Counted from the first letter of the stretch, positions 11,436 through 23,160 are shown. The stretch is DNA of 35,727 nucleotides from Octopus bimaculoides (GCF_001194135.2 NC_068987.1:31330479-31366205); one strand, 5' to 3'. A program made the numbers and translations. Notes: generated by a model from the letters alone, not told the origin.

Positions 11436-12087
11436 TAGTTCTATAGTCGCAATGCCTGAGGAAAAGTTGCGATGGTTATAGTTGGAACATCATTGTTCAT
11501 AGGTTTGCTCAATCATAGATGTTCAGGAGCTTAACCACTACAGCAACAAAGTTTTAGTCGATTAATGCCTTAAATATCCCAAGTATGCCGCCCCTTCGAC
11601 TGTTGTATTGTCTATCTGTTAAAAAGTTTAGACTTAATAGGTGCTGCATGTGAAATAATAGTACGTTTCAAGTTGAGTTTTCTTTCAGATCAGCTCGCAG
11701 CGCAGACGCCACAACAAGATTAAATGTAATCTATTTTGTTTTATTTTATTTATTTAACATCAAAACTAGTAATATAAGCAAATCATTTACTAAAAAAAAA
11801 GGTCAATAAGGAAACAGGCAGATTTTCAACATTTTTGATTAATTAAAAAATGTTATAAATTACCATTTGCACTTTGGTAAATCTGACACTAGAAAAAAAT
11901 AACTTTGTGGTTCTCTAAGAATGTATTTATTCTGCATAATGCTTAACCGGACCGCGACTGAGTCTGGGATTTGTTTTATTGATCTCACTAATATCGAATC
12001 AATAGATTACACCTTTGACTCAACACCAGTTTTTTACACGGGATAAAAACAAACACAAACGTTGACACAAAGGCACACATGCACATT

Positions 12088-12350
12088 AATATATATATAT
12101 ATATATATATATATANNNNNNNNNNNNNNNNNNNNNNNNNNNNNNNNNNNNNNNNNNNNNNNNNNNNNNNNNNNNNNNNNNNNNNNNNNNNNNNNNNNNN
12201 NNNNNNNNNNNNNNNNNNNNNNNNNNNNNNNNNNNNNNNNNNNNNNNNNNNNNNNNNNNNNNNNNNNNNNNNNNNNNNNNNNNNNNNTATACATACATAC
12301 ATATATATATATATATATGTATGCATACATATATATACATACATACATAC

Positions 12351-12383
<33 letters not shown>

Positions 12384-12408
12384 TGTATGTATTTATGTAT
12401 GTATGTAT
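12088..12408. repeat. (TA)n / (TACA)n / (TATG)n around a gap
   Basis: Directly visible. Confidence 0.9.
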
Positions 12409-12412
12409 TAAA

Positions 12413-12615
12413 GCGGCGAGCTGATAGAATGGTTAACACGCCGGGCGAAATGCTTAGCGGTATTTCGTCTCTGTCCTCATGTTCTTAGCACAAATTCCGC
12501 CGAAGGCGACTTTGTCTTTCATCTTTTTGTGATCGATAAAATAAGTGCCAGTTGAGCATTTGTGTCGGTGTAATCGACTTATACCCCACGCCCGAAATTG
12601 TTGGCCTTGTCACCC
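12413..12615 (+). mobile_element. SINE family A
   Basis: GCGGCGAGCTGATAGAATGGTTAACACGCCGGGCGAAATGCTTAGCGG head plus family A core. Confidence 0.88.
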
Positions 12616-12834
12616 TCCGACTGAGACACGTCTGGTCTTTTCTCTTTATTTTTCACTCTCCTCATCTATTCTTTCCATAGAAGACCGTATAGTCGAAACC
12701 TTAAAGGCTTCTTTCAATTTTCCTAGCGTCAACCTTATACAACTAATATTATATTTTCCCCGAGTATCAAATTAAGTTATGAACTGAAAAAGGATTGAAT
12801 TCAGCGCAGGATTGAAACATAACAAATGTTTCTT

Positions 12835-13039
12835 AACGAAGCATTTGTCTTTGTTCCAGCTTCCTGTCCATGACAAAATCGCAGACTACAGCATACAACT
12901 TGCGAAGTAAAACAGCGTTGTCACTCAGCACACTGTCTCATGAAGATCACTGCTAGCTCTCAATGCGCATATAACTGTATGTTGCCATGTGTTGGCGCGC
13001 TATAGAACTAGTCCGGGAACTTTTTGATACCACCTCGTA
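12835..13039 (-). mobile_element. mariner 5' fragment (TIR, 5' UTR and start of transposase)
   Basis: The minus strand begins TA|CGAGGTGGTATCAAAAAGTTCCCGGACT, a mariner-type TIR. The ATG at 12871 reads MDRKLEQR, a typical mariner N-terminus, and then breaks off. Confidence 0.75.
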
Positions 13040-15299
13040 AGTTACTTCACTACTTATAGCAATATGCTTTGTTCCGATTCAGCAATGGGATACAGACTCA
13101 CGAATCTTCGCCTCGTGGCGTGATGTTTTGCCGTTTAAGCCATCTACTCACTGAAATTCAATATTCCACTTCTCAAGTTCAATAGTTCGTATCTCAGTTA
13201 AAATACCAGCTACAAATCCGAATGAACTCATTAAAATTACTAAAGGAGAGCTAAATTTGTGTCAACGTCAGACGTTGTCAACGACTCCTGGTCAACTTAT
13301 CTCCGATTCATTTTATGAAACTTGTACTTTGCGAAATCGGTTTGATTTTAAATAAAACTGCCCTTATCCACTCAGCAAGCGTCCAGCTTTCTTTAGCGAT
13401 TCTCTTTCAAAGCTATTGATAATTGTAACTAACTGTTGAAGTCATCCATTTTTTTTTTATCTGTTTATTTCATCAATGACAAACTTATCTGTAACAACGA
13501 AAATACAATCCGATTTAGAACAGGAAGTTTACTAATTCACAGCTTCCGTCTTTAAACCACCATCTTTAAGAATCATACACTGAAGAAAAATATGACAAAA
13601 GAAAGAGCGAAAGAGAGTGGGAGAGAGAAAGAAAAGATAGAACGAGAACTATACTTTAACCTCTAGGATAACAGGTAATTAATGATATATCACTGGTGTA
13701 AAGTATGAAAGAGCAGTGCGGAACTAATTAGATCTGTATAAATATTGACTTTTTCCCTTGATATCAGTTTAGCAAACATGGCGACACCGTTTCTGTAAGA
13801 TTGCATGATAAGTGTTAGTCGAAAGAAAGCACATGGACGCTATATGTCACAACAAGGGAATTTGTAAAGAGATACAGACATAAAACCCATGGAAGAAGAT
13901 AATTATTCTGAAGGAATAGCGAAGTTAAAAGGCTTATAAAAATATATCAAGTAAGGGAAGGGTAACAACGCAATCAATATTTCATGATGGATTCTGCAGT
14001 GTTGGTCTTTCTAACACCATTGGACAACGTTGCTCATTGCAAATAACTAACAGAGAATGTAGCAACAGGTGTCGGTCGTTGTTATTGTTGTTGTTGCTGT
14101 TGTTCTTGTTACTGCCGCTGTTGCAATTGAAGGTGTCACGGAAAGATTGAAACCTTTGAATATCTCGCTAATTTTAGCATCTCTTGGGAGGAAATATTCT
14201 CAAGACGTTTTCTATAACCTATTCCACTCTTTCCAGATCTATAACGGGAGTTCAACTCAGTACTGAAAACTAACAAAACAGCATTAATTATAGATTGAGA
14301 TCTCGGTTTACAATAGAGAGCCGTACCAAATCCATGGATCCTATTTTCAGGTATATTGCCTGAGGCATAAAATAATTAAGAAATTACTCAGGAATACCAT
14401 ACGAGTGTTTTATTTACTTCCGAGAAATGAAAGCCCTGTTAATACGGGAATGTGTTTTCGCAGTAGTAATTATATTTTCCATGTTTATAGAGCTAATATA
14501 ATCTCAACTTTATAGGGTAGGGGAAAACGTATTGGTTTGAGTGCTGGGCGATATTTATATACATTCATAAGAACTATGTTCAAATACCCATGAGGTCAAT
14601 TTTACCTTTCATTTTCTGGGTGTCGATGGATTTAATGCGAATCATATCTTGTAGGGAGGTTGCTTTAATCAATAACAGTTTTTGACCAAAATGTGTATAC
14701 TTGTACCAACTTTAGAAATCAATATATATATTTTAGCGTCATCATTCTGTGAACTCGGTGCATTTCAACACTAGAAATCCTGTTTCAAAGATTTGAGCTT
14801 GAAATTTAATCCTCGCAGATAAGTTTTTGTATTTACATATACGAAATTCAGTGTCTATTGCATTGTTTATCTCATTTGAATACCCCTGAAGACCAGATCT
14901 TTGTGTCTTTTTTCAAGAAAAGAATATACTGCAATAGCTTTCTAAGGAAGGCTTTTTCAATTGACTTTCAATTCACATGAAGAACTGAATTTTTCCTATT
15001 GAAGGGTCTTCACCAACAAAACAATACAATCCTGCATAAGACAAGAATTTGGCTGATAAAAAACACTCAACTTCAACCTGCAACTCTAAATGCTTAAACC
15101 GTTATCCGTCATCACTAAAACGCTTAACTATCATTTTAAATTTTAAAAGTCCTGAGTCTGAGATGAACTTTTAGTGAATGATATATCATTGATGAAAATA
15201 TTAACATGTTGAATGAAACTAACTTTTTTTATGTAACTTCATCAGAGAAGAAGAACCGACATCTATAGCCCCTTTTTAGAGCCTCCGTGTCTGGTGGAA

Positions 15300-15400
15300 A
15301 GAAAGAAGTTACCCTTAGAGCGGTGACCTAATCTGAATGATTATAACAACATAGAGGACTCTGCTAAAAGTACTCAACAATAAGATGATGTTCTTAAACT
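15300..15400 (+). repeat. Second family E copy
   Basis: Shares the GGACTCTGCTAAA core and flanking similarity with 5560-5720 (minus strand). Confidence 0.4.
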
Positions 15401-15454
15401 GAGCAAAGGATTAAGTTAACTACCTAAGAACAGGAACCGTCCTTCGAATGGTCT

Positions 15455-15600
15455 TCAGTGTCATTTCCGTCTACCAAATTGTATTTTTCAAGATTTTAAT
15501 AAATTCACAACTATGGTAGAAAATACTTGCTCAAGGAGTCGTGCATATGGATTAAGCATGAATCTACCTAATTATGAAACGAGTGTCTCAACAACGCACT
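15455..15600 (-). mobile_element. Decayed SINE family B 5' half
   Basis: TTTCCGTCTACCAAAT...GTAGAAAATACTTGCTCAAGG matches the family B antisense. Confidence 0.6.
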
Positions 15601-16077
15601 CATGTGTCAAACAATATACTTACGTATGTACCTTTATTACCTAAGAAAACTGCTGCATTTTTAAAGTAATATATTAAGAGTTAAGACATGAGAATAATGA
15701 ATAAAAAATAAATCTGATGATATTTAATTTTATCTGTTGTGTTCTGCATGTATATAGAATAGTAGTTTTATATCTACTGTACTTAAATATTTGTACATTT
15801 ACGTAATGTAAAGTGTGACAATTTCTATTTTACAAATCTTGTAAACATGTTCAAAAACCGTTTACTGTTAGCAGTCTTTTACATCTTTACAACAACTGAT
15901 CACTGATGTTAAGGACCATTCATAAAACAAATTTCGCTCCTTCCTGCAGTGAAAACATTTAAGTTGACAATGACGAAATCGAGACGATGGCAACATAGTC
16001 GAGACTAGCGCTAACGAATTTGAGGTTGACATTTATGAGATGGAGGTTGAAAATGACGAATTTGAAGAAGAAACCCA

Positions 16078-16209
16078 GTATGTATGTATGTATGTATGTA
16101 TGTATGTATGTATGTATGTATGTATGTATGTNNNNNNNNNNNNNNNNNNNNNNNNNNNNNNNNNNNNNNNNNNNNNNNNNNNNNNNNNNNNNNNNNNNNN
16201 NNNNNNNNN

Positions 16210-16246
<37 letters not shown>
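16078..16246. repeat. (TATG)n / gap / (TG)n
   Basis: Directly visible. Confidence 0.9.
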
Positions 16247-16251
<5 letters not shown>

Positions 16252-17288
16252 CACTTGTAGATACAACTTTTGAGATGCGCATATGCATCTAGACACATGC
16301 TGTAGATACTGTTGCATCTTTACACATGTGATTTGTTTGATAATTAGACGACAATTCACTCTGATGATCGTCGACAACTTGTAATGCTTCATCTTACAGA
16401 GAGATGTAATGGAGCCGATATAGTTTAAGTAAAGACATAGCTATAGAAGACAGCAGATAGAAGGATAAGTTAGTAAGTTATATTAACTGGAGAACTATGT
16501 CTAAAGACACCTGCTGCATTGAATACATTAGTAAAGTGAGCAGTAAAGGCAGAAAATCCATCGTGATAATGGTGAAAATCGCACTCAACCTAGTGGTTCG
16601 AGAAAAGGCCTGACTGTTTGGCTTAAGCTATTAACTGCCACGACTATTACCAGGAGAGGTGGAGAGTTGTGAAAAGCCAATAACAACAGCTGAAACACGA
16701 GGGACATGAGCGATTGTTTGGTAAAAGCTTGTCCCGTTTACCGTTTTGGCCAACGTTCATCACTATAAGCAGCAAACTGGGAACATTCCCAGCTGTGGTA
16801 TCTGGGGAGTAGTAATGTGTTGAGGAAGAACTCGAACAAAGTAAACATTGTTGATAGCCTTCGCGTTTGAATGTAAAATTAAGGTTTTCCTCACAGTAGA
16901 GTATTATAGTTCGCTTGAAGCATTGTGTATTGTTTGTAAAGAATAAAAAGTTTTGAATGGTACAACAATGCACTCTAATACAAACAATGGACTATATACC
17001 TGCTGTAATTTAGTCATCTATAGTCTGATATGATATTTCAGAATAAAATTCCTTCTTCAGATATTCTTAGATGGAGTCGTTGCTATAATCGGTTTTCTAA
17101 CGGCTTTTCTTTTTTATTTATATATTCTTTTCTCACAGTGACTGCCAGTTGATCTTTAGTACCATACTAGGTTATCTAATTCTCAACAGACCTATCCAGG
17201 GCAATCACCAAATTATATGAAATATTAAAGAATAAGCTTGTAATGACTAACTTTTGTGGAGCTTAGATCAGTATGGATACATCAAAAG

Positions 17289-17702
17289 CAATGGTTCTTA
17301 ACCAACATTTTGTAACTCCCCCTTTTTAAGTAGTCGTTACGCCTAGCACCCAACCAAGTGGAGAGTGAGGTACCACGACTAAACTAGCATAACATGGATG
17401 ATAGTTTATAAATTTTACTCTAAAAATGGAGTAAAATTGTATAAGCTTTTAACAGTGAAATGATAAAAATTTAATTAAGACAAACGCTGTGAATTTACTT
17501 TATACATTGCAAGTTAATTACTTCGCTGTATGTGATAAGATCTATTTAATTTTAATAACCATAACTAGTTTTATCATGTATAGTATAATTACTACTTTAG
17601 GTAAAATTTAATATTTTAATGATGCTACCCTAAAGCTTAACGCTCCCTTCTACATGCCCAACGCCCCCTTGTGGATAGTACTGCCCACGATGAAAACTTC
17701 TG
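17289..17702. mobile_element. Old hAT (Charlie-like) MITE
   Basis: Left end CAATGGTTCTTAACC, right end GATGAAAACTTCTG, imperfect 8-bp TSD ATCAAAAG/ATCTACAG (6/8), AT-rich interior. Confidence 0.5.
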
Positions 17703-18080
17703 ATCTACAGCTTTCGCCAGTGTCGACCATCGCTATCTGGCAGTTGTGAAAAGAGTTACCGGTTTCTACTCTATTGTCAAAGACTAACAACTGCTCATTG
17801 ATCAGACTTGACAGTCACTTATCGCAACCATTTCGAGCAGCACGTTCAGTCAGTTATTCCGGTTTTCTTTTTTAACTTTAGAGCAACTGCTGTGGTTAGA
17901 TGTGTTGTGGGGTTCAGGGACATTTTCTTCTAAATGGGTCACACTAGAGATGTGTCTGCATACGGGGATGTCATCACCACCATATCATTTGTCATCTTGA
18001 AAATCGAAGTGGTCCGCACCACATCGAAAGAATATGTTAACTGGAGCGCGTATTAATCAGCAGAAGTTGGTGGGCTTGAA

Positions 18081-18320
18081 ACACAGACAAGAAAGTTCGC
18101 TTTATAATCATGAGATCCTAAGTTCGATCCCATTATCCAGCGCCTTGAACCATTGATTTTCAATAACAGCCACAGGTTTAACCACGCCTTGTGAGTGGAA
18201 CTGAGTAGACGGAAACTATGTAGAAGCTCGCTGGATGGAATTTTGGCGCAAGACAAAGGACTAGCCTTGTCAAACATAGTGTCAAGTTGGCTCTGTCTGA
18301 TGATTGGTTTAAACGTACAA
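18081..18320 (+). mobile_element. SINE with B-like 5' part and C-like core, copy 1
   Basis: CCTTGTGAGTGGAACTGAGTAGACGGAAACT (family B) is followed by AAAGGACTAGCCTTGTCAAACATAGTGTCA (family C core, compare 10878-10907). Confidence 0.65.
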
Positions 18321-19516
18321 ATGTCTGTATAATACTCCATCACGTATACCATTAATATAATATAAATAACTCCATTATTCAGTAACTGGAATAATCATAA
18401 TCGGAACTGGTGCATATATGAATTTATGAACATATGTTTGTTTGTGCATGTGTATACCTACTCATGTGTGCGTGTATGTATATGTATGTATGTGTATATA
18501 TAGATATATGAGTATATATATATATATATATATATATNNNNNNNNNNNNNNNNNNNNNNNNNNNNNNNNNNNNNNNNNNNNNNNNNNNNNNNNNNNNNNN
18601 NNNNNNNNNNNNNNNNNNNNNNNNNNNNNNNNNNNNNNNNNNNNNNNNNNNNNNNNNNNNNNNNNNNNNNNNNNNNNNNNNNNNNNNNNNNNNNNNNNNN
18701 NNNNNNNNNNNNNNNNNNNNNNNNNNNNNNNNNNNNNNNNNNNNNNNNNNNNNNNNNNNNNNNNNNNNNNNNNNNNNNNNNNNNNNNNNNNNNNNNNNNN
18801 NNNNNNNNNNNNNNNNNNNNNNNNNNNNNNNNNNNNNNNNNNNNNNNNNNNNNNNNNNNNNNNNNNNNNNNNNNNNNNNNNNNNNNNNNNNNNNNNNNNN
18901 NNNNNNNNNNNNNNNNNNNNNNNNNNNNNNNNNNNNNNNNNNNNNNNNNNNNNNNNNNNNNNNNNNNNNNNNNNNNNNNNNNNNNNNNNNNNNNNNNNNN
19001 NNNNNNNNNNNNNNNNNNNNNNNNNNNNNNNNNNNNNNNNNNNNNNNNNNNNNNNNNNNNNNNNNNNNNNNNNNNNNNNNNNNNNNNNNNNNNNNNNNNN
19101 NNNNNNNNNNNNNNNNNNNNNNNNNNNNNNNNNNNNNNNNNNNNNNNNNNNNNNNNNNNNNNNNNNNNNNNNNNNNNNNNNNNNNNNNNNNNNNNNNNNN
19201 NNNNNNNNNNNNNNNNNNNNNNNNNNNNNNNNNNNNNNNNNNNNNNNNNNNNNNNNNNNNNNNNNNNNNNNNNNNNNNNNNNNNNNNNNNNNNNNNNNNN
19301 NNNNNNNNNNNNNNNNNNNNNNNNNNNNNNNNNNNNNNNNNNNNNNNNNNNNNNNNNNNNNNNNNNNNNNNNNNNNNNNNNNNNNNNNNNNNNNNNNNNN
19401 NNNNNNNNNNNNNNNNNNNNNNNNNNNNNNNNNNNNNNNNNNNNNNNNNNNNNNNNNNNNNNNNNNNNNNNNNNNNNNNNNNNNNNNNNNNNNNNNNNNN
19501 NNNNNNNNNNNNNNNN

Positions 19517-20045
19517 AGTGCATTCATGTTAGAGTGCAAAGTAGCAGCTGGTGCTAAGGTAGTATATCCGAGCTGTCGGCGGTCAGAGGCCTGAAATTTG
19601 CCAGAAGAGCATATCTCTGGTAACAGTAATATGATAAATCGCATTTCTTGTTGCTGGATACTGCGGGTTGTTGGAGGATATACAGTTTTTCGCGGGGCAG
19701 AGCTGGCAGTTGGGGGGCACTGGCTGAATATGGTGGCTCTCTGTTGACAATAGTCCACTTGATGTTGGGTATTTCATATCGAAGATGACGGAGTCTCCAG
19801 AGAAACGAAACAGGGAAGTAGAGTTCTCTCTATCCCTGGATCTGAACGAGTGCATATGCTGGGAGTATCTGACCGCCGACAACCCGGATATACCACCTTA
19901 GCACCAGCTACTACTTTGCACCGCCTGCACCAAGGTCACCGCTATCAACCACTCCATCTACCAGGACCGCTATTTACCAATCCCCAATGTATACCAGACC
20001 CCAACGCATACCAAATCCTAACACTTATCAATCAACAACGCTTGT
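19517..20045. mobile_element. GC-richer TE relic with 54-bp inverted repeat; possibly a Penelope-like GIY-YIG fragment
   Basis: 19534-19587 versus 19868-19921 are inverted (50/54), which is directly seen. The minus-strand translation CQLCP...TRNAIYHIT...WQIS then SDRRQLGY...APAATLHSN weakly resembles the GIY-YIG layout, which is inference. Confidence 0.4.
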
Positions 20046-20049
20046 TTTG

Positions 20050-20289
20050 GGCGTGTATACTTGCGCACGCGCGTGTATACCTATGCACGCGCGCGTGCGA
20101 GTGCACACGTGATATGCATGCGTCCACGCAAACGAATATACATATGTACATATGAATGAATATGCATGTGTGTGTGTATGTGTGGATGTGTGCATTTGTG
20201 GGTATGTGTATGTATGTGTGTACGTGTGGTCATATATATACATACATATATGTGTATGCATATATATATATATATACGTACATATATAT

Positions 20290-20332
<43 letters not shown>
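20050..20332. repeat. Alternating purine-pyrimidine (CG/CA/TA) low-complexity tract
   Basis: Directly visible; includes the palindrome GCACGCGCGCGTGC. Confidence 0.85.
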
Positions 20333-21483
20333 NNNNNNNNNNNNNNNNNNNNNNNNNNNNNNNNNNNNNNNNNNNNNNNNNNNNNNNNNNNNNNNNNNNN
20401 NNNNNNNNNNNNNNNNNNNNNNNNNNNNNNNNNNNNNNNNNNNNNNNNNNNNNNNNNNNNNNNNNNNNNNNNNNNNNNNNNNNNNNNNNNNNNNNNNNNN
20501 NNNNNNNNNNNNNNNNNNNNNNNNNNNNNNNNNNNNNNNNNNNNNNNNNNNNNNNNNNNNNNNNNNNNNNNNNNNNNNNNNNNNNNNNNNNNNNNNNNNN
20601 NNNNNNNNNNNNNNNNNNNNNNNNNNNNNNNNNNNNNNNNNNNNNNNNNNNNNNNNNNNNNNNNNNNNNNNNNNNNNNNNNNNNNNNNNNNNNNNNNNNN
20701 NNNNNNNNNNNNNNNNNNNNNNNNNNNNNNNNNNNNNNNNNNNNNNNNNNNNNNNNNNNNNNNNNNNNNNNNNNNNNNNNNNNNNNNNNNNNNNNNNNNN
20801 NNNNNNNNNNNNNNNNNNNNNNNNNNNNNNNNNNNNNNNNNNNNNNNNNNNNNNNNNNNNNNNNNNNNNNNNNNNNNNNNNNNNNNNNNNNNNNNNNNNN
20901 NNNNNNNNNNNNNNNNNNNNNNNNNNNNNNNNNNNNNNNNNNNNNNNNNNNNNNNNNNNNNNATATATATATATATATATATATATATAATAAAGTAAAG
21001 TTGTGGAATACCATACGAGTGGAAATATATATGAAAGAAGGTTTGAAAATGCACTTATTTTTTTTAAATATTTATTTACTTAACCGGTTTCACTTTTTTA
21101 GAAAAAGATTATCAAAAGTCTTTGAGAATAATAAAAATGTGTATGCATATATATACATATACACACACACGCACACACACATATATATATATATGTGTGT
21201 GTGTGTGTAATAAACAATTAAAAAATTTAAAAATCGAAGTTACCTAGGAATATTCAGTATATGTAATGTGCTGTGATCTAGGTTGCATTTGGATCTGTAG
21301 TAAAATTTGAAGCTATGAAAAAGCGGTGGTTGCATGTACCTAGGACCTCATTATACTTTTTAGTAATAGTGAAAAATTATGTTTTAATATATGGAATGCA
21401 TTTTTCAGACATAGTTTATAGCCTGAGTGTTGACTCTAGTATGGAAGTCCTGAATCGATTATGGACCACGATAAGTTATATGG

Positions 21484-21510
<27 letters not shown>

Positions 21511-21515
<5 letters not shown>

Positions 21516-21662
21516 CGACAGTCTTCTTTCATTTTCTGTCAACTAAATCCATTAACAAGGCTTTGGTCGGTTCGAGGCTACAATAGATGACACTTGCCAC
21601 GCAGTGGGGCTGAACCCAGAACCATGTAGCGAGGAAGCAAACTTTTTACCACATAATCATGT
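21511..21662 (-). mobile_element. SINE family B 5' half
   Basis: ACAAGGCTTTGGTCGG...GACACTTGCC..GCAGTGGGGCTGAACCCAGAACCATG matches the family B antisense. Confidence 0.85.
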
Positions 21663-21974
21663 CTAGTAAACTATTTAGTTTTGTATGAATATTTATTAAG
21701 GGCTGATCTCCAGCACTGATAACATTTTGAGCACTAAGGATCGTTCTCATTCTTGACTTGTCCGAAATAATCAGGATTATCATAGTTACTGCTGATAATC
21801 TCTATAATACATTAATATAACTTTAATATTAGTTTACCGATATCTGACATTGAATGATTATATATCTCACACACGCATACGCACACGCACTTTCGCACGT
21901 ACGTACACACATATACACACACACGCGCGCGTGCGCGGGCTCAACTAAATTTATTATGAGCTAACATGAGAAGT

Positions 21975-22180
21975 GTTTGCAGGGTGCTCGACCTGCAAGA
22001 AATATCAGCTTAAGTCACCCTCTAACATTTAAAAAAAAAACGGAAAGGACACGTTAGATGCGTAGCCCCTAGATACCCTTAAACATACAGGATGGCTCAA
22101 CTGGAATCCCTTTGGTTATCGGTCTCCTTGATCGGGATTCCCTTGGGGCAAAACAATAACCACAACAATAAACACCATCT
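21975..22180 (+). mobile_element. Decayed family D copy
   Basis: GCTCGACCTGCAAGAAATATCAGC...GGAAAGGACACGTT...TTGATCGGGA..CTTGGGGCAAAACAATAAC resembles 680-905. Confidence 0.5.
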
Positions 22181-22944
22181 GATTTATTATAAGGATTAAC
22201 AACACAGCTTGTTGATGCCTAAATATGTAATTCTATTCTTCGTAAATATGGTATTTGAACGTTATACATATATATAAATTTTGGCCTCTTTCTTTGATGT
22301 GTTGAGAAGGATAGAGAAAGCTGCTGGTCGTTACTCGTGCGGGGGAAATATGGTGAAGGCATATTTCCATTATACTCGTAAGATCGCATTTCTATTAATG
22401 ATTTGATAATGTCAACAAGAGACTTGTCATATATTCTAAATACTATTCCAGACATATTTATACAATTTCTCTGATATATCAGCACTAACTTGATAAGCTG
22501 TACTTCTTTTTTAGATCAGCATCGTATTATTGTTTTTTGTTTTTGTTTTTGTTTTGTTTTTTTGTCATGGGTACCAAACATATCTAACTCATCTCCCGAA
22601 GGAATCTGAATATTACAATATTTTGCTTCATAAAAATATTCTAATTTATTTATTTATTGGATGCTTAAGCTTTAAAACTCTTGAGTGTTTACCATGTTTA
22701 ACTAGGAGTGGGAAAATATATGTATTGCTTTGGGATATTTTAATACATTTTTTGGTGAACTTTCGTTTACTTGCATAACAATATAAATTCCTCGTTTAGG
22801 GTTGCATTAAAGGATGGTAGCTGCTAAAGCTATTGGGGTGAGCATCCATCATAAATTTTTGGAGAAAATTTTGTGAAATGTGAAAATAAACCAGCGACTA
22901 AAAAGGCGAGACAGAAAATATGACAATTAACTTAATACACACAC

Positions 22945-23160
22945 ACACAGACAGAAAGTTCGCTTTGTAATCATGAGATCCTAAGTTCGATCCCATTATC
23001 CAGCTCCTTGATCCATTGTTTGTCGATAACAGCCGCAAGTTTAACCAAGCCTTGTGAATGGAATTGGATAGACGGAAAGTTCGTTGCATGGAGTTTACAC
23101 GTATGCCAAAGGATCAGCCTTGTCAAACGTAGTGTCACGTATAGTTTAAATGTATAAGTC
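22945..23160 (+). mobile_element. SINE with B-like 5' part and C-like core, copy 2
   Basis: The first ~70 nt are nearly identical to 18083-18155, with the same B-to-C domain order. Confidence 0.65.

Noticed and set aside
16361-16400. CTGATGA motifs as hammerhead ribozyme cores (also 15715, 26094 and 33394)
   Set aside because: I found no correctly placed GAAA or stems I-III by eye. An Infernal scan would be decisive.
16740-16802. 60-nt minus-strand exon candidate (CCCCAG|ATACC...AAAACG|GTAAAC)
   Set aside because: The peptides are unrecognised, the acceptor tract is weak and no partner exons were found.
6155-21210. Long ORFs at 6155, 18424-18462, 20028-20230 (also 29189-29359 and 30356)
   Set aside because: They are mostly X residues from N gaps plus microsatellite translation.
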